In this document: in pieces, positions 20,932 through 31,601 of the stretch
Numbering within the stretch: the stretch's first letter is position 1
How the letters are laid out: every line of letters begins with the position of its first letter
Assembly (NCBI GenBank): GCA_900617105.1
Contig: UYFQ01000001.1
Location: 248,001-312,000, forward strand
Source of the DNA: Hydrurus foetidus
Lineage: Eukaryota
Direction: 5' to 3'
Length of the DNA: 64,000 nt
Translations under genes and position numbers: made by a program
Notes under the pieces: model-generated
The model's input: the letters and a program-made list of their open reading frames with translations, nothing else
Databases searched by the model: none
What the model was told of the DNA's origin: nothing

Positions 20932-23717
20932 TTAAGCGTTTGAAGCGTCGGAGTCGTCGGATGCTTCAGGTGTCTCAGGAAGATCAGGTGTACCGCTGTC
21001 GGTGCCTGCGGGGGTGTCCGTGGCGGAGGTGTCTAGAGCCTCGGTCGGGTCGTTGGACTCGCCCGCGTCGCTCTGGTTCGCATCGTTCTCAACAATGCGT
21101 TGTAAACCACTGAGTTTGGAGCCTTCGTCCAGTGCGATCAAGGTCACGCCTTGGGTGGCTCGGCCCATTTCGCGGATTTCGCTGACGCGGGTGCGTACGA
21201 GCACGCCCTTGTCGGTGATCAGCATGATTTCATCGTCCGCCTTGACCAGCGTGGCGGCCACGACTTTGCCATTGCGCTCGGTTTGCTGGATGGCGATCAT
21301 GCCCTTGGTGCCGCGGCCATGACGGGTGTATTCCAAGATGCTGGTGCGCTTGCCGTAGCCATTTTCGGTGGCGGTCAGCACGCTGTGGGTGGGGATTTGC
21401 GGCACGGTGGTGTCCACACTGCCGTCTTCCAGCAAGGCCAATGGCATGATGGATTCCGACACCAGCATGGCGATCACGCCCTGGTCAACGTCCAGCATCA
21501 TGCCGCGCACGCCACGGGCGTTGCGGCCCATCGGACGCACGTCGTTTTCGTCAAAGCGCACGGCTTTGCCACCGTCGGAAAACAGCATCACATCATGGGC
21601 GCCATCGGTGAGGGCTGCGCCGATCAAGAAATCGCCTTCGTCCAAGTCCACGGCGATGATGCCAGCCTTGCGCGGGTTAGAAAATTCGTCCAGCGAAGTC
21701 TTCTTGACCGTGCCCATGCTGGTCGCCATGAACACATAGTGGTCAGCTGGGAAGGTGCGGAATTCGCCCGTCAACGCGAGCGCGACGTTGATTTTTTCAC
21801 CCTCTTGCAACGGGAACATGTTGACGATGGGGCGACCGCGTGAGCCACGTGAACCGGCGGGCACTTCCCAGACCTTGATCCAGTACAGGCGGCCCCGGTT
21901 GCTGAAGCACAAGATGTAGTCGTGCGTGTTGGCGATAAAGAGCTGGTCGATCCAGTCGTCTTCTTTGGTGGTGGTGGCCTGCTTGCCGCGCCCGCCGCGC
22001 TTTTGGGCTCGGTATTCGCTCAAGGGCTGGCTCTTGATGTAGCCGCTGTGCGAGAGCGTGACCACCATGTCGGTGGGCGTGATCAGGTCTTCGGTGGAGA
22101 GGTCGTAAGAGCTGTGCTCCACCAAGCTGCGGCGTGCGCCCAGCTTGGTCTGGCCGAATTCCTGCTTGATGTGCGTCAGCTCTTCGCCAATGATGGTGGA
22201 GACGCGCTCGGGCGCGACAAAATGTCCAGCAAATCGTCGATGACGGCCATCACCTCTTTGTATTCGGCAACGATCTTGTCCTGCTCCAACCCGGTCAGGC
22301 GCTGCAGACGCATCTGCAAAATTTCTTGCGCTTGGGTTTCAGACAGGCGGTACAGGCCATCGCCGCCCATGCCGAATTCTTTTTCCAGGCCATCAGGGCG
22401 GTAGTCGTCGGCGTTGATGATGCCGCCATCTTCGCGGGTGCGGGTGAGCATCTCGCGCACCAGTTTGCTGTCCCAGGGGCGGCTCATCAGCTCGGCTTTG
22501 GCCACAGGCGGCGTGGGCGCGTTGCGGATGATGCGGATGAACTCGTCGATGTTTGCCAGCGCCACCGCCAAGCCTTCCAGCACATGGCCGCGCTCGCGGG
22601 CCTTGCGCAGGTTGAACACGGTGCGGCGGGTCACCACCTCGCGGCGGTGCTCCAGGAAGACCGAGATCAAGTCCTTCAAATTGCACAGCTTGGGCTGACC
22701 GTCGATCAAGGCCACCATGTTGATGCCGAAGGTGTCCTGCAGCTGCGTTTGCTTGTACAGGTTGTTAAGCACCACTTCAGGCACTTCGCCGCGCTTCAAC
22801 TCAATCACCAAGCGCATGCCGGATTTGTCGGACTCGTCCTGGATATGGCTGATGCCTTCAATCTTCTTCTCATGCACCAGCTCGGCCATGCGCTCTTGCA
22901 GCGTCTTTTTGTTGACCTGGTAGGGCAGCTCGTCCACGATGATGGACTGGCGCTGGCCCTTGTCGATGTCTTCAAAGTGGACGCGCGCACGCATCACCAC
23001 CTTGCCGCGCCCGGTGCGGTAGCCGTCACGCACGCCGTTGATACCGTAAATGATGCCGGCGGTGGGGAAATCGGGTGCGGGGATGATTTCCATCAGCTCG
23101 TCGATGGTGGCCTCGGGGTGCTTGAGCAGGTGCAGGCAAGCGTCCACCACTTCATTCAAGTTGTGCGGAGGGATGTTGGTGGCCATGCCGACCGCGATAC
23201 CGCCTGAGCCGTTGATGAGCAGGTTGGGTACCTTGCTGGGCAGCACCAGCGGTTCTTTTTCAGAGCCGTCGTAGTTGGGGCCAAAGTTGACGGTTTCCTT
23301 GTCAATATCGGCCAGCATCTCGTGGGCGATCTTGGTCAGGCGGATTTCGGTGTACCGCATGGCGGCGGCGTTGTCGCCATCGACGGAGCCGAAGTTGCCT
23401 TGGCCGTCCACCAGCATGTGGCGCATCGAAAAGTCTTGAGCCATGCGAACGATGGTGTCGTACACCGACTGGTCGCCGTGCGGGTGGTATTTGCCAATCA
23501 CGTCACCGACGATACGCGCTGACTTCTTATAAGGGCGGTTCCAGTCGTTGTTCAGCTCGTGCATGGCGAACAGGGCGCGGCGGTGGACGGGCTTGAGGCC
23601 GTCGCGGGCATCAGGCAGCGCACGGCCTACGATCACGCTCATGGCGTAGTCGAGGTAGCTGCGGCGCATTTCCTCTTCCAGGCTGATGGGCAGGGTTTCT
23701 TTGGCGAACTGGGTCAT
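20932..23717 (-). CDS. gyrA: DNA gyrase subunit A (single-base frameshift near 22211)
   Basis: [31 protein letters not shown] and GyrA-box QKRGGRG; adding one base in the GGG run restores ILSRPERVS. Confidence 0.97.
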
Positions 23718-23997
23718 GGAGGGGTGCCAACACGAAGCTGGGCGAAGTTGGGCAGACGAAAAGCATGGATTTTACGGGCAAGGCGTTGTCGCGTCCATGC
23801 AACAAAGTAAAGGCGGATTGATGATTTTTACCCACGAATCAACCCCATTCTGCTGAAGTGCGTCTCTGTAGTCCGGTGTTCGCTATGGATTCTGGGGTGC
23901 CATGTGGCACAATCAGTCCACGCGGTTCAGGTGATGGTCGCTTGAAACGTTTCAATCTCGCAGCGCGTCTGCGGCTCTTTTTCTCTCGAGGAGAACC

Positions 23998-24669
23998 ATG
24001 AAAAAACTGAATAAAGTGGCAATGCTGTTTGCCTCCGCTGCGCTCGTAACTGCTGCTGGCGCTCAAACCGTTGACAACTGGCGTGCTGCTGATGGCACCG
24101 TATGGAAAAACGGCACCAACGAACTCTGCTGGCGTGATGCCAGCTGGACTCCAGCTACTGCTGCTGCCACCTGCGACGGCGCCATTGCACCCAAGGCTGC
24201 AATGGCTCCTGCTGCTGCCCCAGCAGCTGCTCCAGCAATGGCCCCTAAAGCTGCTGCACCTGCTGCTGCACCTGCTGCACCTGCTGCACCTGCTGCTGCT
24301 GCAGTTGCTGCTACCAAAGTTACCTACGCTGCTGATGCGTTCTTTGACTTCAACAAAGCTGTCCTGAAGCCTGAAGGCAAAGCCAAGTTGGATGACCTGA
24401 CCGGTAAAGTCAAGGGCATCAACCTGGAAGTCATCATTGCCGTGGGTCACACCGACTCCATCGGTGGCGATGCGCCTAACCAAAAGCTGTCTGTGAAACG
24501 TGCTGAAGCTGTCAAGGCTTACTTGGTGTCTAAGGGCATCGAAAAGAACCGCGTTTACACCGAAGGCAAGGGCAAGAAGCAACCTGTTGCTGACAACAAG
24601 ACCAAAGAAGGCCAAGCTAAAAACCGCCGCGTTGAAATCGAAGTGGTTGGCACGCGCGCTAACAAGTAA
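23998..24669 (+). CDS. ompA: OmpA family protein with Ala/Pro-rich linker
   Basis: Signal peptide, ELCWRD, AVGHTDS...NQKLS.KRA and NRRVEIEV. Confidence 0.93.
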   Translation: MKKLNKVAMLFASAALVTAAGAQTVDNWRAADGTVWKNGTNELCWRDASWTPATAAATCDGAIAPKAAMAPAAAPAAAPAMAPKAAAPAAAPAAPAAPAAAAVAATKVTYAADAFFDFNKAVLKPEGKAKLDDLTGKVKGINLEVIIAVGHTDSIGGDAPNQKLSVKRAEAVKAYLVSKGIEKNRVYTEGKGKKQPVADNKTKEGQAKNRRVEIEVVGTRANK

Positions 24670-24716
24670 TACTTAGGCCAGTCGGGTAATCGAAAGATTG
24701 CCTGCTGCTTGTATTC

Positions 24717-24751
24717 AAAAGCCCGGTGAACGCAAGTTCACCGGGCTTTTT
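24717..24751 (+). terminator. Intrinsic (likely bidirectional) terminator after ompA
   Basis: AAAAGCCCGGTGAAC-GCAA-GTTCACCGGGCTTTTT perfect stem with GNRA loop. Confidence 0.9.
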
Positions 24752-24771
24752 ACATTTTCAGAGGTATCCCC

Positions 24772-25605
24772 ATGCACCATGATGCTGAATGGCTAGAGAG
24801 CATGTACAACAACCGGGCGCGTGTGCCCGATTACGCCGATTACTTTGCTCGCTGGGTGCAAGCCTCCCATGCAGCGCGGCAAAGCAGCACCTGTACCTTG
24901 GATGTGCCTTATGGCGATGGCCTGAACGAGACGCTGGACGTGTTCCCCGCTTCGGATGTGGCGGGCCAAAGCCAACCCGTGCTGCTGTTCATCCACGGTG
25001 GCTACTGGCGTTCGCTGGACAAAGCGGATCATTCCTTCATAGCGCCTGTGTTCACCGCTGCTGGTGCGTGTGCAGTAGTGCCCAACTATGCGCTGTGCCC
25101 AGCTGTCACCGTGCCTGATATCACCCAGCAAATGGAGAAAGCTTTGGCCTGGGTGCAGCAGCATATAGCCGACTACGGCGGCGACCCAAGCCGCATCACC
25201 GTGGTGGGGCATTCTGCCGGTGGGCATTTGGCTGCAATGCTGATGGCCGGGACATCTGTCACCCCTTTCAAGAATGCGCTGTCGCTGTCGGGCCTTTACG
25301 AGTTGGAGTCCCTGCGCCTGACTCCTTCATTCCAAGCGTCTTTGCAACTCACACCCGCGCATGTTGCATCCAACAGTCCCGCCTACTTGCCTGCACCGTC
25401 CCAAGGCCAGCTGCTGACCGTGGTGGGCGGTGATGAAAGCGCTGAATTCATCCGTCACAACACCTTGATACGAACCGCCTGGGGCAGCGAGCGCGTACCC
25501 CTGTGCGAAACTCTGCCCGGCCTGAATCATTTCAGCATCGTGGATGCCCTGGCACAACCCGGACACCGCCTGCATCAACTGTGCTTGGGTTTGCTGGGCT
25601 TGTAA
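24772..25605 (+). CDS. Alpha/beta hydrolase, kynurenine formamidase-like
   Basis: YNNRARVP, HGGYW, GHSAGGH and NHF motifs. Confidence 0.85.
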   Translation: MHHDAEWLESMYNNRARVPDYADYFARWVQASHAARQSSTCTLDVPYGDGLNETLDVFPASDVAGQSQPVLLFIHGGYWRSLDKADHSFIAPVFTAAGACAVVPNYALCPAVTVPDITQQMEKALAWVQQHIADYGGDPSRITVVGHSAGGHLAAMLMAGTSVTPFKNALSLSGLYELESLRLTPSFQASLQLTPAHVASNSPAYLPAPSQGQLLTVVGGDESAEFIRHNTLIRTAWGSERVPLCETLPGLNHFSIVDALAQPGHRLHQLCLGLLGL

Positions 25606-25651
25606 CCCAAACCCAGCCTGCGTACCCCCACCGACAGTTCACAGCAACGCG

Positions 25652-26629
25652 TTACATCAGCAAATGCTCGCCTGCGTTGTCGCCACCCAGCGTCACGTAG
25701 TTCACTTTGCGGATGTCCATCAGCTTTTTGCCACCCGCATACGAGATCGAGCTTTGCACGTCCTGCTCCATCTCGATCAGCGTATTTGCCAGATGGCCCT
25801 TGATCGGCTCCAAGATGCGCTTGCCTTCCACATGCTTGTACTCGCCCTTGTTGAAGTCGCTGGCTGAGCCGTAATACTCTTTGAACAGCCGTCCGTCCAC
25901 TTCCACCGTATTGCCCGGTGATTCCTCGTGCCCTGCGAACAGCGAGCCGATCATCACCATGGACGCGCCAAAGCGCACGCTCTTGGCGATGTCGCCATGG
26001 TCACGGATACCACCATCGGCAATGATGGGTTTGGTGGCCACACGGGCACACCACTTGAGTGCACTGAGCTGCCAGCCGCCCGTGCCAAAGCCCGTTTTCA
26101 GCTTGGTGATGCACACCTTGCCAGGGCCAATGCCTACTTTCGTGGCATCCGCTCCCCAGTTTTCCAAATCAATCACTGCTTCAGGTGTTCCCACATTGCC
26201 TGCGATCACGAAGGCCGCAGGCAGCTTTTGCTTGAGGCAGGCAATCATGTGCTGCACGCTGTCGGCATGACCATGGGCAATGTCGATGGTGATGTACGCA
26301 GGGCACAGGCCTTCCGCCACAAACCTGTCTACCGTGGCGTAATCGGGCGCTTTCACCCCCAGAGAAATCGACGAGAACAAGCCTTTTGCCGTCATGTCCT
26401 TGACGAACTGCACGTTATCCAAATCAAAACGGTGCATCACGTAAAAGTAACCGTTCTTCGCCAACCATGTACAAATCGTTTCGTCCACCACGGTTTTCAT
26501 GTTGGCAGGCACCACCGGCAACCGGAAGCTGCGGCCACCCAACGTGACGCTGGTGTCGCACTCTGAGCGGCTCTCTACCCGGCATTTGCGGGGTAGCAAG
26601 AGGATGTTGTCGTAGTCAAAAATTTCCAT
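25652..26629 (-). CDS. guaC: GMP reductase
   Basis: [39 protein letters not shown] and YYGSAS. Confidence 0.95.
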   Translation of the reverse strand: MEIFDYDNILLLPRKCRVESRSECDTSVTLGGRSFRLPVVPANMKTVVDETICTWLAKNGYFYVMHRFDLDNVQFVKDMTAKGLFSSISLGVKAPDYATVDRFVAEGLCPAYITIDIAHGHADSVQHMIACLKQKLPAAFVIAGNVGTPEAVIDLENWGADATKVGIGPGKVCITKLKTGFGTGGWQLSALKWCARVATKPIIADGGIRDHGDIAKSVRFGASMVMIGSLFAGHEESPGNTVEVDGRLFKEYYGSASDFNKGEYKHVEGKRILEPIKGHLANTLIEMEQDVQSSISYAGGKKLMDIRKVNYVTLGGDNAGEHLLM

Positions 26630-26725
26630 GAATCCAGGCTCCAAAAGTGAAGGGCGGTTCGGTTGAATACCCCAAAATGAGCGCTTGGATTGAGCCGGTT
26701 TTAAGCTGTTCAAAAAGTACAGGCC

Positions 26726-26758
26726 AAAAAAACCGGGCCAAAAATGCTTGGGCCCGGT
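26726..26758 (-). promoter_or_regulatory. Hairpin plus U-tract in the guaC upstream region (terminator or attenuator)
   Basis: Minus strand ACCGGGCC-CAAGCATTTTT-GGCCCGGT-TTTTTT, about 100 nt upstream of the guaC ATG. Confidence 0.6.
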
Positions 26759-26877
26759 GCTTGAGTGTACGGGGTTTAGAACGGCGAGGTGCTATAGGTT
26801 TATCGCATACGGTTTATAAGATTTGGGCTATTTTGTAGCTGCAAGCGTGCCATCGGTGGATGCACCGGTTCAGTCCA

Positions 26878-27786
26878 CTAGGCCATGGCCAACGCTGCGT
26901 TCATCAAATGCGCCACAAATTGGCTGCTCAGGGATTCTGTAGGACTTGATGCCAACGTCAGCACTTGCAAGCTGCGTTGCTTGAATTGCGTTTCGTTCAC
27001 GGGTACGGCCACCACGGTGCCTGCGTTGATTGCATACGCCGCACTGACCACGGCGGACAGCGTGAGCACTTCGCCTTGAGCGGCCAGACTGAGCAGCGTG
27101 GCGTAGTTGTTGCCGGTGTAGGCGGTGTCGTAATGCCGTCCTTGAAGGCTGCAACACAAGTCCAGCATCTGCCGCACAGTGGCTCCTGGCTCAGGCAGGG
27201 CCAGTGGGTAGCGCACGATGTCTGCCAGTGTCACACTTTTGCGCGTTGCCAAGGGATGGAAGGGGGCCATCAACAGGTGAATGGGTGCAGGCTGCTGGTG
27301 CGCAAGCGTCAGGTTTTTTTCGGGTGTGACTGAAAACTTGAGCCCAATGTCCGCTTCACCCCGCAGCAAACGGTGGCTGACCTCATCGGGTGTGCCCACA
27401 TGCAGATGCATTGTGCAGTATGGGTGGGCTTGTCGAAAGCTGTGCATTGCTTGGGGCATGAAACCGATGGCTAAGCCTTCGGTGCAGGCCACACGCACCC
27501 TGCTGGCGCGCTGCCCGCCCAAGCCCCTTACTTCTTCCAGCACACGGTCGGTGTCGTGCAGGGCGTGACGCAGGTACGCTGCCAGGCGTTCACCTGCCTC
27601 GCTCAGGTTCATGCCACGGGCTTTGCGCTCAAACAGCAGGCAGCCCAAGCTGTCTTCCAGCTTGCTGATTTGGCGACTGACTGCCGAGGTCGCGACATGC
27701 AATTGCTCTGCGGCCAAACTGACCGAGCCGGTGCGCGCAACTTCCAAAAAATAACGGGGGGCCGTGCCTAGCATGGAAGGGGTCAT
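26878..27786 (-). CDS. LysR family transcriptional regulator
   Basis: YFLEVARTGSVSLAAEQLHVATSAVSRQISKLE...LFER HTH. Confidence 0.93.
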   Translation of the reverse strand: MTPSMLGTAPRYFLEVARTGSVSLAAEQLHVATSAVSRQISKLEDSLGCLLFERKARGMNLSEAGERLAAYLRHALHDTDRVLEEVRGLGGQRASRVRVACTEGLAIGFMPQAMHSFRQAHPYCTMHLHVGTPDEVSHRLLRGEADIGLKFSVTPEKNLTLAHQQPAPIHLLMAPFHPLATRKSVTLADIVRYPLALPEPGATVRQMLDLCCSLQGRHYDTAYTGNNYATLLSLAAQGEVLTLSAVVSAAYAINAGTVVAVPVNETQFKQRSLQVLTLASSPTESLSSQFVAHLMNAALAMA

Positions 27787-27940
27787 GGTGTGTGCCAGAT
27801 GTGGTTGTCAAGGGCGAAGGGGCTGGATTGCTGTCACAGCAAGGCAGCGTTGCGAATTCTCAAATTGTGAAACCACAATCAGTTTATTAGAATTTTGGCA
27901 ACACTCGAAAACATTCCAACAACACGTCAAAGGATTCTTG

Positions 27941-29401
27941 ATGCCGTCCACGATGACCCGTGAAGCTTTGCTGGCCGAAGCGGGAGGCTGGTTCGATACC
28001 GGCCATTTGCAGCGCGATATCGCCCGGCGGGTAGCCTGGCGGACTGAAAGCGACAAGGGGGCACCTGAGCCCGTGCTGGGGGCTTATCTGAACGACGAGA
28101 TCGTGCCCACGCTCACCCGCTTGGGTTTTGTCTGCGAAGTGCTGGAGAACCCCGACCCAAAAGGTGGCCCGATGCTTGTGGCACGCCGCATCGAAAGCGA
28201 GGCGCTGCCCACGCTGCTGTCTTATGGCCATGGTGATGTGGTGAGTGGGCAAGACAAACAATGGCGCGAAGGCCTGAGTCCTTGGCAGTTGGTGGTTGAG
28301 GGTTCAGGGGCCAGCGAGCGCTGGTATGGCCGTGGCACCGCTGACAACAAGGGCCAGCACAGCATCAATTTCAGTGCATTGCAGCACGCTATCACCGCAC
28401 GTGGTGGTCGCTTGGGCTACAACATCACCCTGCTGCTGGAAATGGGCGAAGAGGCTGGCAGCCCTGGCTTGCGGGCACTGTGTGAGCGCGAGCGTGACAA
28501 CGGACTGGGGCGCTTGCGGGCTGATGTGTTCATTGCCAGCGATGGGCCGCGCGTCCATGCTGACAAACCCACGGTATTTTTGGGGTCGCGCGGCCTCGTT
28601 AATTTTTCACTGCGGGTACACAGCCGCGACCGGGCTTACCACTCGGGCAATTGGGGTGGCGTGTTGACCAACCCAGGCATCGTGTTGGCCCATGCCATCG
28701 CGACAATGGTGGATGCCCACGGCAAGCTGCTGGTTGACGGACTGCGCCCGCCAGCCGTGTCCCCCAGTGTGCGGCGTGCCTTGACGGGTGTCGATATGGG
28801 CGGCGGCGCGGACGATCCGCAAACCAACCCGGCTTGGGGTGAGCCCGGTCTGAGCACCGCCGAGCGACTCGTCGCCTGGAATACGTTGGAAGTGCTGGCG
28901 CTGGGCGCTGGGTCTGCTGAGCGCCCTATCAACGCGATCCCCCCCGCTGCGGTGGCCCATTGCCAACTGCGCTTTGTGCCCGGTACACCGTGGCAGCAGC
29001 TGCAAGACACCGTGCGTGCCCATCTCAATGCCCATGGTTTTGCCGAAGTGGAAGTCAACGTGACCGCAGCATCTCCTGCAACCCGGCTGGATGTTGACAA
29101 CCCCTGGGTTACCTGGGCGGTGCAATCCATGGCCGTCAGCACCGGCAAGCCGGTTACGGTGCTGCCCAATTTGGCGGGATCATTGCCCAACGATGTGTTT
29201 GCCGATGTGCTGGGTCTGCCCACCCTGTGGGTGCCGCACTCTTACCCGGCCTGCTCGCAGCACGCCCCGAACGAACATCTGCTGGCCTCGGTGGCGCGTG
29301 AAGGGCTGTGCGCGATGGCCGGGATTTTCTGGGACTTGGGTGCCCCAGAAGGCTTGCCCTGGCATGACCACGATAGAGGCATCGACTGCTTGCCTGCTTG
29401 A
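27941..29401 (+). CDS. M20 family metallopeptidase/amidohydrolase
   Basis: YGHGDVV, GRGTADNKG, EMGEE, HSGNWGG and QHAPNE. Confidence 0.9.
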   Translation: MPSTMTREALLAEAGGWFDTGHLQRDIARRVAWRTESDKGAPEPVLGAYLNDEIVPTLTRLGFVCEVLENPDPKGGPMLVARRIESEALPTLLSYGHGDVVSGQDKQWREGLSPWQLVVEGSGASERWYGRGTADNKGQHSINFSALQHAITARGGRLGYNITLLLEMGEEAGSPGLRALCERERDNGLGRLRADVFIASDGPRVHADKPTVFLGSRGLVNFSLRVHSRDRAYHSGNWGGVLTNPGIVLAHAIATMVDAHGKLLVDGLRPPAVSPSVRRALTGVDMGGGADDPQTNPAWGEPGLSTAERLVAWNTLEVLALGAGSAERPINAIPPAAVAHCQLRFVPGTPWQQLQDTVRAHLNAHGFAEVEVNVTAASPATRLDVDNPWVTWAVQSMAVSTGKPVTVLPNLAGSLPNDVFADVLGLPTLWVPHSYPACSQHAPNEHLLASVAREGLCAMAGIFWDLGAPEGLPWHDHDRGIDCLPA

Positions 29402-29441
29402 TTGTCTGAACCACCGATCTCATCATTTCTGGAGTATTGCC

Positions 29442-30804
29442 ATGCTGACCCCTTCACGCCGTCAAACCCTTATAGCTCTCGCGGGGCTGTGCGGTTGCCC
29501 TTTGGCTTTGGCCGAGACTTGGCCCAGCAAACCCATCAAGATCATCGTGCCTTTTCCTGCGGGAGGTGCGACGGATGCAATTGCCCGCTTGGTGGCCGAG
29601 CGCCTGGGGCCACGTTTGGGTCAAGCGGTCATCATTGAAAACAAGCCCGGTGCTGCCACGGTGATCGGCATGGACATGGTGGCCAAATCGGCGGCTGACG
29701 GCTACACCCTGCTGGTGTCTGGATCGAGCAGTTTCACCGTCATACCGGCGTTGCGCACCAAGCTGCCGTTTGACATGGCCAAAGCCTTTGCGCCCGTCTC
29801 TTTGCTGGTCAACGCACCGTTGGTGGTGCTCACATCCAGTACCAAGCCTTACCTCAAACTGGCTGATTTCCTCATGCAAGCCAAGGCCAACCCCAAAATA
29901 CTGACCTATTCCACCTTTGGTGCAGGCAGTGCGCCGCACTTGGTGGGCGAGATGCTCGCTTATGAAGCCCATGTCGATATCGAACCCGTCCCCTACAAAG
30001 GCAGCGCTGAAGCCTTGATCGGTGTGATGCGCGGCGATGTTGATATCGGGGTGGACACCCTGTCGGCGGCCAACCCGCAAATCAAGGCGGGCAAACTGCG
30101 TGTGCTTGCGGTCGCGACAGGCAAGCGCAGCAGCTTTTTGCCCGACACCCCCGGCATGGACGAACTGCAACTCCCCAACGCCGCATTCGCCGCGTTTTAC
30201 GCTGTGGCAGCCCCAGCGGCCACCCCGCCCGCTGTGCTCAGCCGCCTGACCAAAGAGATCAACGAGATCATGCTGCAACCTGACGTGCGTGAGAAATGCG
30301 CCCAATTGTGCAGGCAGTGCGCCGCACTTGGTGGGCGAGATGCTCGCTTATGAAGCCCATGTCGATATCGAACCCGTCCCCTACAAAGGCAGCGCTGAAG
30401 CCTTGATCGGTGTGATGCGCGGCGATGTTGATATCGGGGTGGACACCCTGTCGGCGGCCAACCCGCAAATCAAGGCGGGCAAACTGCGTGTGCTTGCGGT
30501 CGCGACAGGCAAGCGCAGCAGCTTTTTGCCCGACACCCCCGGCATGGACGAACTGCAACTCCCCAACGCCGCATTCGCCGCGTTTTACGCTGTGGCAGCC
30601 CCAGCGGCCACCCCGCCCGCTGTGCTCAGCCGCCTGACCAAAGAGATCAACGAGATCATGCTGCAACCTGACGTGCGTGAGAAATGCGCCCAATTGGCGA
30701 TGGAAGTCGTCGCCCAGGGACCAGACACCTTGCGTACCGTGATGAAGCAGGAGACTGACAAACTGCGCGAACTGGGGCAGCGTATCAAGATCAGCTTGGA
30801 TTAG
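29442..30804 (+). CDS. Bug/TctC tripartite tricarboxylate transporter substrate-binding protein, disrupted by an internal duplication
   Basis: WPSKPIKIIVPFPAGGATD, ENKPGA, DGYTLL and VPYKGS; frame broken by the 388-bp repeat. Confidence 0.88.
29921..30696 (+). repeat. Tandem direct duplication, 2 x 388 bp (29921-30308 and 30309-30696)
   Basis: Both copies run TGCAGGCAGTGCGCCG...GAGAAATGCGCCCAATTG and appear identical; ORF-track peptides repeat at a 388 offset. Confidence 0.95.
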
Positions 30805-30922
30805 CTTATCCGTATGCTGAATATGTAAAGTATGCTACTGAATTTGCAGTAAAAATGAGGCCACTTTTACTGTGATGTGATGTTCGCGGCCTTTACGAGC
30901 TTCGCTGTCAGCGCGGCCTTAA

Positions 30923-31357
30923 TCAAATGCGCGGGGTTTTTTTCGAAACGCTCTTTGGCACCTTTTGACCCCATTCCCCGAGCGCTGCCGCACGCAGCAG
31001 GCGCTGGAACGTGGGGCACTCCGCGTGGCTTGGTGCTGGGCACACCGCTGCGTGCCTCAGCCCGTTACGCATTGCTTTCAGGCGCTTGATCGTGCCATCA
31101 AGTTCATCTGCCTTCGCCGTGAGTTTTGTCCTGTCGATGTTGGATTGTCCGCCCGTCGTGAACATAGCGCGGATGTCATCCAGCGAAAACCCAGCAGCTT
31201 GCCCCAAAGCGATCAGCGCCAGCTGATCCAGCACGTCTGGGGTGAACAGGCGGCGCAAGCCCTGTCTACCGACTGACGCAATAAGCCCCTTTTCTTCGTA
31301 ATAGCGAAGCGTGGAGGCGGGCATGCCTGCCTTTTTTGCGACTTCAGCGATATCCAT
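30923..31357 (-). CDS. MerR family transcriptional regulator
   Basis: MDIAEVAKKAGMPASTLRYYEEKGLI, GFSLDDI and C-terminal CPAPSHAECP. Confidence 0.9.
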   Translation of the reverse strand: MDIAEVAKKAGMPASTLRYYEEKGLIASVGRQGLRRLFTPDVLDQLALIALGQAAGFSLDDIRAMFTTGGQSNIDRTKLTAKADELDGTIKRLKAMRNGLRHAAVCPAPSHAECPTFQRLLRAAALGEWGQKVPKSVSKKTPRI

Positions 31358-31368
31358 GAAAAAACCTC

Positions 31369-31399
31369 TTGACCTCAAGTTGACTTGAATTTCTATAGT
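31369..31399 (+). promoter_or_regulatory. MerR-type promoter with SoxR-box-like operator
   Basis: -35 TTGACC (31369-74), 19-bp spacer, -10 TATAGT (31394-99); dyad TCAAGT-TG-ACTTGA within the spacer. Confidence 0.85.
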
Positions 31400-31448
31400 A
31401 CCCCTAAGCGCACTTTTTAGCTCACTTTTTGTCAACCAAGGAATTCAC

Positions 31449-31525
31449 ATGAACGCACTCACAGATGGCATTGCACAGGTCGTACTCATCCGCATCGGCG
31501 CTACGGCAGTGATGGACATCTGGCC
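31449..31525 (+). pseudogene. N-terminal remnant of a DUF2938-like membrane protein
   Basis: AAGGA RBS; MNALTDGIAQVVLIRIGATAVMDIW matches the GIGATxxMDxW start of the family, then similarity ends. Confidence 0.6.
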
Positions 31526-31601
31526 GCCGTTTTCATCGCCTGGATCTCGGGATGAAAAAGTTTTTGGAGAGATTCACCCAACCTGAACTGGAGCCTTCGT
31601 T

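Noticed and set aside
9235..23717. Genuine pseudogenisation or programmed frameshifting of housekeeping genes, including a split gyrA
   Set aside because: The genes are essential, the indels are scattered single-base events, and no slippery-site/stimulator pattern is seen; sequencing error is far more likely.
24200..24312. GCTGCTGCACCT-type tandem repeats
   Set aside because: They encode the ordinary Ala/Pro linker of OmpA.
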